Shown here piece after piece: positions 40,653 to 50,060 of a stretch of DNA of 64,000 nt. The stretch covers positions 28,163 to 92,162 of the forward strand of contig JAVBPX010000005.1 of the NCBI GenBank assembly GCA_031549365.1, in the 5' to 3' direction. Every line of letters begins with the position of its first letter. Within the stretch, counting starts at the first letter, position 1. The translations under genes and the position numbers were made by a program. The stretch is from Alphaproteobacteria bacterium. Lineage in GTDB: Bacteria; Pseudomonadota; Alphaproteobacteria; Rs-D84. The notes under the pieces were generated by a model, which was given only the letters and a program-made list of their open reading frames with translations, was not told where the DNA came from and searched no databases.

Positions 40653-42326
40653 ATGAAAAAGAATTATTTAATTACTTCGGCTTTGCCATACGTTAATGGA
40701 CCATTACATTTGGGACATTTGATTGGTTGTTTATTGCCGGCCGACGTTTATGCACGTTTTTGCCGCGCAAATGGCAGAAATACTATATATATTTGTGGGG
40801 CTGATGAGCACGGAACCCCGGTCGAGGCCGCAGCCAGGGCCGAGGGCGTGGATCCAGCCAAATATGCAGATGGTTGGTATCAAATTCAGCGTGGGCTATT
40901 GGAATCATTTGATATTTCCACCGATTATTATGGGCGCACACATACACCGCAACATGAAAAATTAATTCATGAAATATTCAAACATTTGGATGACAATGGC
41001 TTTATCGAAGAACGCACAACAATTCAGCCATATTCTGTAAATGAAAACATTTGGTTGGTGGATCGTTTTGTTGTAGGAACATGCCCAAAATGCGGATTTG
41101 AAGGCGCACGCGGGGATCAATGCGATAAATGTTCCGAATTATTGGATCCAAAGGATTTAATTAATCCGCGTTCAATTTCAGATCCGAATAGTCCTGTGGA
41201 ATTGCGAGAAACCCAACATTTATTCTTTTTGTTAACCAAGGCCGAACCATTATTGCGCAAATGGCTATCAACACGTGTTGGTTGGTCAAAAACAGCCATG
41301 GCAATTGCAAATAAATGGTTAGCCGAAGGATTACATGATCAACCAATCACCCGCGATTTTAAATGGGGTGTTTCTGTGCCAAAACCGGGGTTTGAGAGCA
41401 AAGTGTTTTATGTATGGTTGGATGCACCATGGGGGTATATTTCAATTAGTCAGGTTTATGCAGAAATTGCCGGATTTGATTGGCGCGATTTTTGGAAGGG
41501 CGATGAAAATACACATTATGTTCAATTTATGGGCAAGGATAATGTTTCGTTTCATTCTGTATTTTTCCCAAGTTATGAATTGGCATGCAACGATTATTGG
41601 AAAACTGTTGATGTTTTAAAAGGGATGAATTTTTTAAATTTCGAGGGGGATAAGATTTCAAAATCAACCGGAAATGGTATATTTTTGGGTGATGCAATAT
41701 CCGAATATCCCGCAGATTATTGGAAATATTATTTAATTTCAAATGCGCCTGAATCAGACGATTCTGATTTAACTGTTGCTCGGTTTGCAGACGTAATTAA
41801 CAAAGATTTAAACGATATTTTGGGTAATTTTATATCACGTATTACTAAATTTACCGAAAAGAAATTGGGATTGGTTGTTCCTGCCGCTGGCGAAGTTTCA
41901 GATTTGGAAATCGAATTGGATAAAACAATTAATGATAATTTGTCCGAATTAACCAATGCGATTGAATCCTGTGAATTCCGTCGGGCTGGCGTTGCTTTGC
42001 GCGCATTATGGGCCACCGGTAATGAATATATTACACGGGCCGAACCATGGGCAATTATTAAAACAGATCCAATTCGTGCCGAAGTAATTTTGCGTACCTG
42101 TTTTCAATTAATGGATTTTTATTCCAGAATTTCAGCACCATTTATTCCAAATTCCGTTGAAAAAATTCGTGCAATTTTTGGATCACGTCATGATTTATCA
42201 TGGCCAACATCGTTTGAAAAAAGGGTGAAAGCAGGGGACGAATTCATAGTTCCAGAAAACATATTTGAAAAAATTATGCCAGAACGTGTCGAAGAATTAA
42301 GAATAAAGTATTCAAGGAAGGGTTAG
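40653..42326 (+). CDS. metG: Methionine--tRNA ligase (short form)
   Basis: ITSALPYVNG..HLGH, CPKC..GDQCDKC, KISKS. Confidence 0.97.
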   Translation: MKKNYLITSALPYVNGPLHLGHLIGCLLPADVYARFCRANGRNTIYICGADEHGTPVEAAARAEGVDPAKYADGWYQIQRGLLESFDISTDYYGRTHTPQHEKLIHEIFKHLDDNGFIEERTTIQPYSVNENIWLVDRFVVGTCPKCGFEGARGDQCDKCSELLDPKDLINPRSISDPNSPVELRETQHLFFLLTKAEPLLRKWLSTRVGWSKTAMAIANKWLAEGLHDQPITRDFKWGVSVPKPGFESKVFYVWLDAPWGYISISQVYAEIAGFDWRDFWKGDENTHYVQFMGKDNVSFHSVFFPSYELACNDYWKTVDVLKGMNFLNFEGDKISKSTGNGIFLGDAISEYPADYWKYYLISNAPESDDSDLTVARFADVINKDLNDILGNFISRITKFTEKKLGLVVPAAGEVSDLEIELDKTINDNLSELTNAIESCEFRRAGVALRALWATGNEYITRAEPWAIIKTDPIRAEVILRTCFQLMDFYSRISAPFIPNSVEKIRAIFGSRHDLSWPTSFEKRVKAGDEFIVPENIFEKIMPERVEELRIKYSRKG

Positions 42327-42393
42327 TTTAAATCCCCATTAATTTGGGGATTTTTATATTGTTTAGTCTATTTTTTATCAACAATATGTTGAT

Positions 42394-42409
42394 AATTTCA
42401 CGTGAAACA
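42394..42409. promoter_or_regulatory. parS: parS site
   Basis: AATTTCACGTGAAACA, 14/16 to consensus. Confidence 0.8.
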
Positions 42410-42482
42410 ATTTATATAAAATATTGCGCGGTATAACAAAAAAGGTTGTTGTTTAAACTCTAATGTAAGCTAAATTGAAACT

Positions 42483-43634
42483 TTAATGAAACATAAAGCA
42501 TTGGACGTTATGGGATATACATTTACGGATTATTTCGTTGGCGGAAGTTTCCGATAATTTATTTGCACGCACACGCCATAGTCCCGAATATTGTTCAACA
42601 GATGTATTTATTCCAAACAGATTTTTAACCCGTGTTTGTTGTTCGGTAGCCGCGTTTTTGGATGAGAATGCACCAAATTGAACACCCATAGATCCCGATC
42701 CCCAGTTTTTTTGTTCAATTGGTTTGGTGGTTGTTTTTATGGATGATTTTGGTTGTTCTGTACCACTTTCGGAATCATCGTGAGTAATATTACCATTTGA
42801 TGTAGTTTTTGTTTGGTAATTTGTGAAATTACCGGGTTTTTTCCCATCCATCAGATCAAATGAATAATCCAATAGTTTAACAGACGTCTTTAAACGTTCC
42901 GCAGACGATGTTGAGCCCAATACAACCGACATTACCATATCGTCGCCACGTTTTGCTGTTGCAACCAGGTTATAGCCTGATTTTGCAGTGTATCCTGTTT
43001 TCATACCGTTTGCACCAGGATAAACATTTAAAATTTGATTATGTGTGTAATAAGTTTGGCCATTATATGTAAATGAACGTTCATTAAAATATTTATAATA
43101 TTGTGGGAAGTGTTTATAAATGGCGAGCGAGAGCAAGGCGAGGTCGCGTGCTGTTGAAACCTGATCCATCGAAGTCAAACCAGATGCATTTTTAAAGTTT
43201 GTTTTTGATAATCCAATTTCAGATGCAACACGGGTCATTAACGATCCAAAGTCCCCCTCGTCCCCCGTCAGATTTTCAGATAAAACTGTGGCAACGTCGT
43301 TGGCAGAACGGATAATCAAAGCCTTGATCGCGGTTTCAACCGATATTTTTTCGCCTGGTTTCAATCCCAATTTTGTTTGGGGTTTTTCACTGGCACTTTT
43401 TGATACTATTAAATTTTGGTTTAATGTTAATCGACCCTTGTCCAATGCGTCAAATACCAGATACAAGGTCATAATTTTTGTTAATGACGCCGGGTAATTT
43501 TCATCACGGGCATTTTCTTGGTATAAAACACGACCATCAGTCATGTCGATTGATATCAAAGCCTTGTAATCTGCACGGGCAACATTGCAGATAAATAACT
43601 GAATTGATAAAAAAATAAGTATAAGTCGTTTCAT
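42483..43634 (-). CDS. dacA: D-alanyl-D-alanine carboxypeptidase (S11) with C-terminal SPOR domain
   Basis: PASLTK, SAND, KTG motifs; VQFGAFSS SPOR signature. Confidence 0.9.
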   Translation of the reverse strand: MKRLILIFLSIQLFICNVARADYKALISIDMTDGRVLYQENARDENYPASLTKIMTLYLVFDALDKGRLTLNQNLIVSKSASEKPQTKLGLKPGEKISVETAIKALIIRSANDVATVLSENLTGDEGDFGSLMTRVASEIGLSKTNFKNASGLTSMDQVSTARDLALLSLAIYKHFPQYYKYFNERSFTYNGQTYYTHNQILNVYPGANGMKTGYTAKSGYNLVATAKRGDDMVMSVVLGSTSSAERLKTSVKLLDYSFDLMDGKKPGNFTNYQTKTTSNGNITHDDSESGTEQPKSSIKTTTKPIEQKNWGSGSMGVQFGAFSSKNAATEQQTRVKNLFGINTSVEQYSGLWRVRANKLSETSANEIIRKCISHNVQCFMFH

Positions 43635-43659
43635 TCCAACATTCCAATATTGCATAGTA

Positions 43660-43975
43660 TAATGATTTATTGAATATTGGTCAAAGTAAAATATTAACAG
43701 TTAATACAAAACAATATAAATATTATATATAAGATATTATTTTTATTGTTATTAGCGTTGGTTATGTTGGAAATTGTTTTTAAGGTTTGTTTTTTGAATT
43801 ATTAACAATATAACATGTTGATTTTTATTAATATTTGGAGTTTTCAACAGTATTGTTAATAACTTTTTAACATGTTGAGAATAGTTTTATTATTAAGATT
43901 TTTAAGATATTTAATGGTTTTATTGTTTTTATTGTTAATAACTTGTTTTTTTTAACAAAAAACGTTAAAATAGCT
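43660..43975. other. oriC: Probable replication origin (oriC)
   Basis: Very AT-rich gene-free interval with repeated DnaA-box-like 9-mers, near parAB/parS/rsmG; + strand becomes G/T-rich and all later CDS are on +. Confidence 0.6.
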
Positions 43976-43990
43976 GAGAGAGGATAGAGA

Positions 43991-44269
43991 ATGAGGTTGC
44001 CTGTATTAAAAGCAATTGCAAATCCAACACGGATTTTTTATGTGCCATATCATTTGGCACTGATGAATTTTTTTATCCAATTCATAGTATTTATAGTTTT
44101 ATTAATAGTTACAGTTGGAAATTTTAATCCATTATGGTTTTTATTAAATGTTATTTTTGTTCATTTTATTTTAATGGGGATTTCGCGGTCCGAGCCACAA
44201 ATGGGACAAATTTTATCAGCAAAATTAAAATTATTTAAAGTTTCACCACCAAAGGTATTAAGGCCGTAA
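43991..44269 (+). CDS. virB3: Type IV secretion protein VirB3-like
   Basis: Small two-TM protein with PVLKAIANPTRIFYVPY, directly before virB4. Confidence 0.7.
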   Translation: MRLPVLKAIANPTRIFYVPYHLALMNFFIQFIVFIVLLIVTVGNFNPLWFLLNVIFVHFILMGISRSEPQMGQILSAKLKLFKVSPPKVLRP

Positions 44270-44271
44270 AT

Positions 44272-46704
44272 ATGCAACAGTTTATGAATTTATTTGTTCA
44301 AGATATTATGCCAATGAATCTAACAATTATTGGTTTAGGCTTGGTTTTAATATTTTTAATATTGTTATTTATTATTCCAATATTATCGAATATGTTGTTT
44401 CCGGCGTTTTCGTATAGTTCTTTTGCAAAATATTTGCCTTTTAAACAACCATTCAAAGATAAGGTTTCAATAGAATTAAATGATGGTGGATTGGTTAGGG
44501 TTTATAAATTAAAAGGTGTTCAAACATCGTTACAAGATCAACAACAAAAAGAACAATTTTTAGATTTGCGCGCTCAATTATTTCAGCAAATAAAAGATCC
44601 AAATATAACATTTCGGTTTTTTATGTTGCGGGAAAAAATGTCTGTGAAAACAGATTATACGTTTGATGAACCAGTTTTACAGAAAATTTATGATAAATGG
44701 AATAGTCAAGGTATCAAAGTTTTTGATAATCAATATTATTTGGTTGTTAGTATTTCTGGGAATAAACCAGAGGATAGGATAGGCAGCGTTTCAACAATGG
44801 TTGAATCAATATTGGCACCATATCAACCAAAATTATGTTTTAATTCGGATGAAAATAATGCTGGGTCTTTTTATTCCAGGATTTTATCACCAATTACTCG
44901 TCCAATTTTAAAAGGATTAAATTCAAGTATGAACGATTTGATGACATCTGATCAGGTTGAGTTTTTAGAAGGTGGTAAGATTCGTTTTTCCGCGGGAGAT
45001 ATTGAAAAATATGCAGGTTTGGTTTCTATTAAAACGGCGCCTGATTTTTTTGACGAGGATTTTTTCAACGATTTAGGCACAGTTTCATGTGAAATGGTTA
45101 CGATGAATGCGTTTCAATTATTATCAATTGCAAAAACAGAAGCATTAATTAAACAAAAGCAAAGTGTTGCAACGTCTAATAAAGAATCGGAAGATATTGC
45201 CGTTGAACAAATAGAAGAAACAATGACGATGATGGATGAAAATATTTCAGGAACACAGAGTTTAATGAATTATTATCCTTTGTTTGTTTTATATGGTGAA
45301 ACAGCAGATGAAGTCGATAAATCAATTCAAGAATTACAGAAAATTTGTGCTGCGTATGGAATTAGTCCAGTTGTTGAAAATTTTGCCTCTAAAGTTTCGT
45401 GGTTTTCAATGTTGCCTGGGTTTGATGTATTTCCGCGTACTTATAAATTATTATCGCGAACTGCGGCGATTACTTGGCCGTTATCAACGGTGCCTGTTGG
45501 TATTCCAAATTCAGATTGGGGACCGGGTCCCATTGTTGTGTTTCCAACGTCGCTGGGGACACCGTATCAATTCCAGTTTCATGTGTCTGAACAATCTGGT
45601 GCTGTTGGACACACATTAACAATTGGGCCCACAGGTCAGGGTAAAACCACTTTATTTTCATTTTTAATTTCACAATCTTTGCGACATCCAAAGTTAAAAT
45701 CATTTTTCTTTGATCGTAATCGTGGGGCCGAAATTTTTACATTAGCAACAGGTGGTAAATATTTAACTTTTGAAAACAAATCACAAAATGCAGATAAAAT
45801 TAATGCTGGGTTTCAAACCAGGTTAAATCCGTTATTAATGGAAGATTCTGCATCAAATCGTGATTTTTTACGTCGTTGGTTTTCAATGATTTCAGGTCAG
45901 GATGACCCAAAATCGTTGGATGAAATTGCGCGAGCGGTTGCGGTCAATTTTGATTATTTAGATCCAAAAGATAGGATGTTAAAAAATTTATACAACAGCT
46001 GTTTTTCATCCGAGGGTAAAATGCGCCCTGCGCTTAAAAAATGGGTGGATGATTTACAATACGGTTCTGTGTTTAATGAGCCACAAGATACTTTGGATTT
46101 GTATTCCCGGTTGTCCACGTTTGATTTTACAGATATTTTAAGTGATGAAACTTTGGCCCCAGCAGTTATCAGTTATTTAATTCAGCGCATTAACAGTTTG
46201 ACTGTGGCCCAGGGTAATCCATCATTAATAATGATTGATGAAACGGCGCCGATGTTGGCCAACCCTATGTTCAGACAGAATTTTATAACAGGGTTGCAAG
46301 AAGGACGTAAAAATCGTCAGGCATATATGGCTGCGTTCCAACAGGCAAATATAATTGATAAGTTGGGAATAGGTGATGTTGTTCGAGGACAGGCGCAAAC
46401 AATACTGTTTTTCAGAAATCCTGGTGCTGATCCATTGGATTATCAACATTGGCGTTTAAATCCACGTGAAATGGCATTTATTCAGGGTAAGGCATATCCA
46501 AATTTAAAACGCGCAGTATTGTTATCGCGCCCGGTTACCGGGGAATCGGTTGTTTTAAATACAGAATTGGGTGGTTTAGGATCATATTTGAAATTATTTG
46601 AATCTGGTCGTAGCAGTGTTTTATTGGCGGAAGAATTGTATAGCAAGATGGGTGGGGAATTTGTTGATACGTACCTGCGTCGAGTAAGCACAGAAAATGT
46701 TTGA
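44272..46704 (+). CDS. virB4: Type IV secretion ATPase VirB4
   Basis: GHTLTIGPTGQGKT, FDRNRGAE, IMIDE, RKN. Confidence 0.9.
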   Translation: MQQFMNLFVQDIMPMNLTIIGLGLVLIFLILLFIIPILSNMLFPAFSYSSFAKYLPFKQPFKDKVSIELNDGGLVRVYKLKGVQTSLQDQQQKEQFLDLRAQLFQQIKDPNITFRFFMLREKMSVKTDYTFDEPVLQKIYDKWNSQGIKVFDNQYYLVVSISGNKPEDRIGSVSTMVESILAPYQPKLCFNSDENNAGSFYSRILSPITRPILKGLNSSMNDLMTSDQVEFLEGGKIRFSAGDIEKYAGLVSIKTAPDFFDEDFFNDLGTVSCEMVTMNAFQLLSIAKTEALIKQKQSVATSNKESEDIAVEQIEETMTMMDENISGTQSLMNYYPLFVLYGETADEVDKSIQELQKICAAYGISPVVENFASKVSWFSMLPGFDVFPRTYKLLSRTAAITWPLSTVPVGIPNSDWGPGPIVVFPTSLGTPYQFQFHVSEQSGAVGHTLTIGPTGQGKTTLFSFLISQSLRHPKLKSFFFDRNRGAEIFTLATGGKYLTFENKSQNADKINAGFQTRLNPLLMEDSASNRDFLRRWFSMISGQDDPKSLDEIARAVAVNFDYLDPKDRMLKNLYNSCFSSEGKMRPALKKWVDDLQYGSVFNEPQDTLDLYSRLSTFDFTDILSDETLAPAVISYLIQRINSLTVAQGNPSLIMIDETAPMLANPMFRQNFITGLQEGRKNRQAYMAAFQQANIIDKLGIGDVVRGQAQTILFFRNPGADPLDYQHWRLNPREMAFIQGKAYPNLKRAVLLSRPVTGESVVLNTELGGLGSYLKLFESGRSSVLLAEELYSKMGGEFVDTYLRRVSTENV

Positions 46705-46818
46705 AAATCAGCGCCTCTAAACAAGTTTTTAAATTTTTAGACCCTGATATACCACAATGTATACCGCGGGCCAAAAAATTTAAAAATTCTTTACAATCAT
46801 CTGATTTTGAAACATTTT
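46694..46818 (+). repeat. Long palindromic element (family H) overlapping the virB4 stop
   Basis: AAAATGTT-TGAAAATCAG...CTGATTTTGA-AACATTTT. Confidence 0.85.
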
Positions 46819-46883
46819 AAAAAGTTGGGTTGATCATCACATTCTGACGCATCTTGGTGTTTTTGGTTTAATAGGAAAAATGG

Positions 46884-47513
46884 ATGAAAGTATTATTGGG
46901 ATTGATTTTATCAGTATTTTGTTTTTCCGCAGGATTTGCGGCGGATCCTTGTGTTTTGGAAAAAAAGAATGTTTTGGTTTATGTCAAGCCCGTGCCTTGG
47001 GATATGGAGGTTCAACAACCGTTGCGTCCGATCAGTATTGAACAATCTTTGCATGGTTTAACGACCGCCGTTATGGCCGAAGGGTATCGGTTAACCGTTG
47101 ATTTAATCCCAATTGATGATGGATTTTGTGTTGTATTGGATAGGGTCGAGGTTGTTTCCGGATTTACAAATTTTATGATACAGATTGATTCTGCGCATCC
47201 AAAAAATTCGTGTGTTTATAATGCAATTTATGATCATGAAATGTTACATGTTAAAGCATATCATTCTGTTATGAATGATTTATATCCACAGATCGAAGAA
47301 ACAATTACCAAAGTGGCCAATCAAATTTATCCTAAATATATTCCACATGAAAATGATACCAGTAAAACAATTGATCAAATGGAACAAGAATTACGCAATG
47401 CGCCAATGACTGTATTATTACGTCAGAAAATTGAGGCCGAGAAAGAAATTAAAAATAAGGCGATTGATAAAAATCCGAACAGTGATTTGATTAAAAGATG
47501 TGAAAATCAATGA
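46884..47513 (+). CDS. Exported protein with HExxH motif (putative Zn peptidase, DUF922-like)
   Basis: Signal peptide; IYDHEMLHV. Confidence 0.6.
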   Translation: MKVLLGLILSVFCFSAGFAADPCVLEKKNVLVYVKPVPWDMEVQQPLRPISIEQSLHGLTTAVMAEGYRLTVDLIPIDDGFCVVLDRVEVVSGFTNFMIQIDSAHPKNSCVYNAIYDHEMLHVKAYHSVMNDLYPQIEETITKVANQIYPKYIPHENDTSKTIDQMEQELRNAPMTVLLRQKIEAEKEIKNKAIDKNPNSDLIKRCENQ

Positions 47514-47548
47514 ATTCTGTACATTCATCCCATTTTGATTGATTTTGT
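47493..47548 (+). repeat. Internally deleted family H element
   Basis: AAAAGATG-TGAAAAT left end fused to right-arm AATTC..TCATCCCATTTTGA. Confidence 0.5.
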
Positions 47549-47623
47549 AGATGGTGTGTCATTTTTTGAAGTTTGTTAAATTTGTATAGTTGTGGTATAA
47601 TTTTTGCGTACAAAGGGGTCTTT

Positions 47624-48157
47624 ATGCAAGTTACACCAGAATTAGCCAAACAATTATTTAATGCTATTTTGCAAATTCCGGAATTGAATTTAAACAAACC
47701 AGAAACAGGTTGTTTTATTCGTGCAAAATTAATTGCTGAATTTTTAAAAGGCCAGGGTGTTAATCCAAAGATTGTTTTGGTAAAAAACCCGGGAATTATG
47801 GGTAAAATTTTTTATAAATTAAATGGAAAAATTGAACACAAAATGGTTAATTGGAAATATCATGTTGCGGCTGGGACGGAAATTAACGGCGAAACAATAG
47901 TTTTTGATCCTGTGTTATTTAATGCGCCAGAAACATTAAAATATTGGGCATCCAGGATGTTAATTGGGGAAAAATCAATTTCAGATGACTATGTTTTAGT
48001 TAATGATTATGAACCGATTGGTAAAAATTTTATATCCAAAGAAATTGAAAGATTGTCCGCGCAAAATCACCAAGAATGGTTTGAAAAATCTGAAAACCCG
48101 GAATGTGAATTGGTTGTTCCAAATTCATTTTGGTCCAGAAAATTTGGCAGAGAATAG
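47624..48157 (+). CDS. Protein-glutamine glutaminase (deamidase)-like protein
   Basis: GCFIRA, WKYHVA, VFDP: Cys-His-Asp triad pattern. Confidence 0.75.
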   Translation: MQVTPELAKQLFNAILQIPELNLNKPETGCFIRAKLIAEFLKGQGVNPKIVLVKNPGIMGKIFYKLNGKIEHKMVNWKYHVAAGTEINGETIVFDPVLFNAPETLKYWASRMLIGEKSISDDYVLVNDYEPIGKNFISKEIERLSAQNHQEWFEKSENPECELVVPNSFWSRKFGRE

Positions 48158-48210
48158 GGTCGTATTTTAGATTCGGTATTGAAAAACCCCCATTATGGGG
48201 GTTTGAATTT

Positions 48211-48286
48211 TGGTGGAGTCAATGGGAGTCGAACCCACGACCTCTACATTGCGAACGTAGCGCTCTACCAACTGAGCTATGACCCC
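48211..48286 (-). tRNA. tRNA-Ala(CGC)
   Basis: G3:U70, CTACG-TTCGCAA-TGTAG, CCA. Confidence 0.95.
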
Positions 48287-48287
48287 A

Positions 48288-48413
48288 AAAAAGTTTGAAA
48301 ATACATTTCTTGGTCGCGTTTTTAATTTTTTGCCACGGCACGTACCATATGTACGCTGGCGCGCGGTCAAAAAATGAAAAAAACCGCCCAATAAACGCAT
48401 TTTGAAACTTTTT
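48288..48413 (+). repeat. Long palindromic element (family H)
   Basis: AAAAAGTT-TGAAAAT...ATTTTGA-AACTTTTT, central CACGTAC..GTACGCT. Confidence 0.8.
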
Positions 48414-48520
48414 GCTATACATCTAAAATTAGATGAATTCTTTTGCAATCATCATATTTTGATGCGTTTCAAATTCTAATATTTTAAACAAAACCCACCC
48501 GAAGGTGGATTTGTTATTTA

Positions 48521-48598
48521 TGGGGCGAATAACCGGATTCGAACCGGCGACATCCAGTACCACAAACTGGCGCTCTAACCAACTGAGCTATATCCGCC
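48521..48598 (-). tRNA. tRNA-His(GTG) with encoded G-1 and C73
   Basis: CCAGT-TTGTGGT-ACTGG, CCA. Confidence 0.96.
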
Positions 48599-48606
48599 AC
48601 AAACTT

Positions 48607-48682
48607 TGGTGGAGCTGATCGGACTCGAACCGACGACCTCTTGCATGCCATGCAAGCGTTCTACCAACTGAACTACAACCCC
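48607..48682 (-). tRNA. tRNA-Ala(GGC)
   Basis: G3:U70, CTTGC-ATGGCAT-GCAAG, CCA. Confidence 0.96.
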
Positions 48683-48746
48683 AAGTATTTACAATATTTT
48701 AGTAGCATGCAAGAGGTTTTCAAAAATATTTCATATTTTTGACCTC

Positions 48747-48843
48747 ACAACGCACCTGCCATTCGTCTCTGTCCGTTGGACTTCGCCGAAATGGACGTGC
48801 TATTTCATAAAAATAAATATTATTAACATTTATTTTTATTACA
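48747..48843 (-). mobile_element. tRNA-associated two-hairpin element, copy C
   Basis: Minus strand TGTAAT-stem-TTAATAA-stem-ATGAAATAGCAC..GTGCGTTGT, interrupting a second tRNA-Ala copy. Confidence 0.72.
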
Positions 48844-48882
48844 CATGCCATGCAAGCGTTCTACCAACTGAACTACAACCCC
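48844..48882 (-). pseudogene. Exact duplicate of tRNA-Ala(GGC) nt 1-39
   Basis: Identical to 48644-48682 (200-bp offset). Confidence 0.9.
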
Positions 48883-49009
48883 AAAATGTATGAAAATGGG
48901 TGATTAAAAACAAGTTTATTGTTTTTTAGAACCCTTATGTACGCTTGTGTACACCGCGGGCCCTAAAAAACAATAAATTCTTTATACTCATCCCGTTTTG
49001 ATGCATTTT
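48883..49009 (+). repeat. Long palindromic element (family H)
   Basis: 111-bp core nearly identical to 53018-53128. Confidence 0.9.
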
Positions 49010-49211
49010 TGCGTCATACATATTTCGATTGGAACCGAAAGTGTGGTTTGGTTTATTTACAATGTGTAGCACACTATATAATGGGTTTTAATGAAAGTCA
49101 AGGAATTGGCGAAAAAAATTGAGTCGAGAGTTTGGGCATTTTTTGTTTGAATTTAGGGTTTTGTGTGTTAGAGTTTGGTTCAGAGAGAGTGATAGATAAA
49201 AAGGTTATAAA

Positions 49212-50060
49212 ATGGCGTATGATTTATCGCGTGAAAAAAGAATGATAGAATTATATGGAATGGTGCTGGCGGCCCGGGATAAGGCTGTGCAAAAAGCCAA
49301 AAATACCGGTAAATTGTGTTATTATGATCAAGAATGGATTGAATTGGCGACCATTAACAAAGAATTTGAAAAGTTAAATGGTCAATTTGATGATATGATC
49401 ACTTTGTTGGGGTCTGAAATTCGCGATATGAAACCAATAACAGTTGATGATATATTTGGTGGAATGTCTGTTTTTAAAAAAAATGGCGATTTAATGTGTG
49501 CTGGGAATGCTGTGTTATATGCAAAGATGAATAATGATTATTTCTTGTGTGTTACAAACAAAAAAGATAATAAATTTGATTTTAATTATAGTTGCGAAAA
49601 AGATCAACGAGTTATGTTGTCGGGAGAAGATGTGATCTTATATAATCCTCCGAAAATAAAAGAAAGTTGGTTGGGTAAAACAAAAATCAAAGAGCCAAAA
49701 GCCGTAATATTTAAAAATGCAGGGGATCATGTTCGTATAAGTTATTCGTATGGTTTGGAATATGAATCTTTGGATAAAGAAATGATTGGTAAAAAAATGT
49801 ATCCAGGGTGCGAACATTTGTTTTATTCGGTCAAATTTGACAAGGCATATCAGGACAGTTTGACACATCGTGGCGAATATATTAGTGAAGGGGACAGGAT
49901 GTGCGCAGTTCATGGAAAAGTTTCCAATGGAATTTATAGAAGTGTCGAAATGCCGTTAAGAGATATTTCAATTAAAAATTCGGAAATTAAAAAATTGGCA
50001 GATGAAACCAGAGAATTTTATGATAAAAAATATTGCAGAAGGGATAACGGAGGTAAGTAA
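49212..50060 (+). CDS. Hypothetical protein
   Basis: 282-aa ORF with SD; no recognisable motif. Confidence 0.6.
   Translation: MAYDLSREKRMIELYGMVLAARDKAVQKAKNTGKLCYYDQEWIELATINKEFEKLNGQFDDMITLLGSEIRDMKPITVDDIFGGMSVFKKNGDLMCAGNAVLYAKMNNDYFLCVTNKKDNKFDFNYSCEKDQRVMLSGEDVILYNPPKIKESWLGKTKIKEPKAVIFKNAGDHVRISYSYGLEYESLDKEMIGKKMYPGCEHLFYSVKFDKAYQDSLTHRGEYISEGDRMCAVHGKVSNGIYRSVEMPLRDISIKNSEIKKLADETREFYDKKYCRRDNGGK

Noticed and set aside
46702-46818. UGA plus hairpin as a selenocysteine or readthrough signal
   Set aside because: The TGA is out of frame or non-coding in most family H copies, and the in-frame continuations stop within a few codons.
48795-48806. GAAATAGCA similarity to the Cas9 sgRNA scaffold
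   Set aside because: The GAAA loop in sgRNA is engineered, copy A lacks the match, and there are no cas genes or repeats here.
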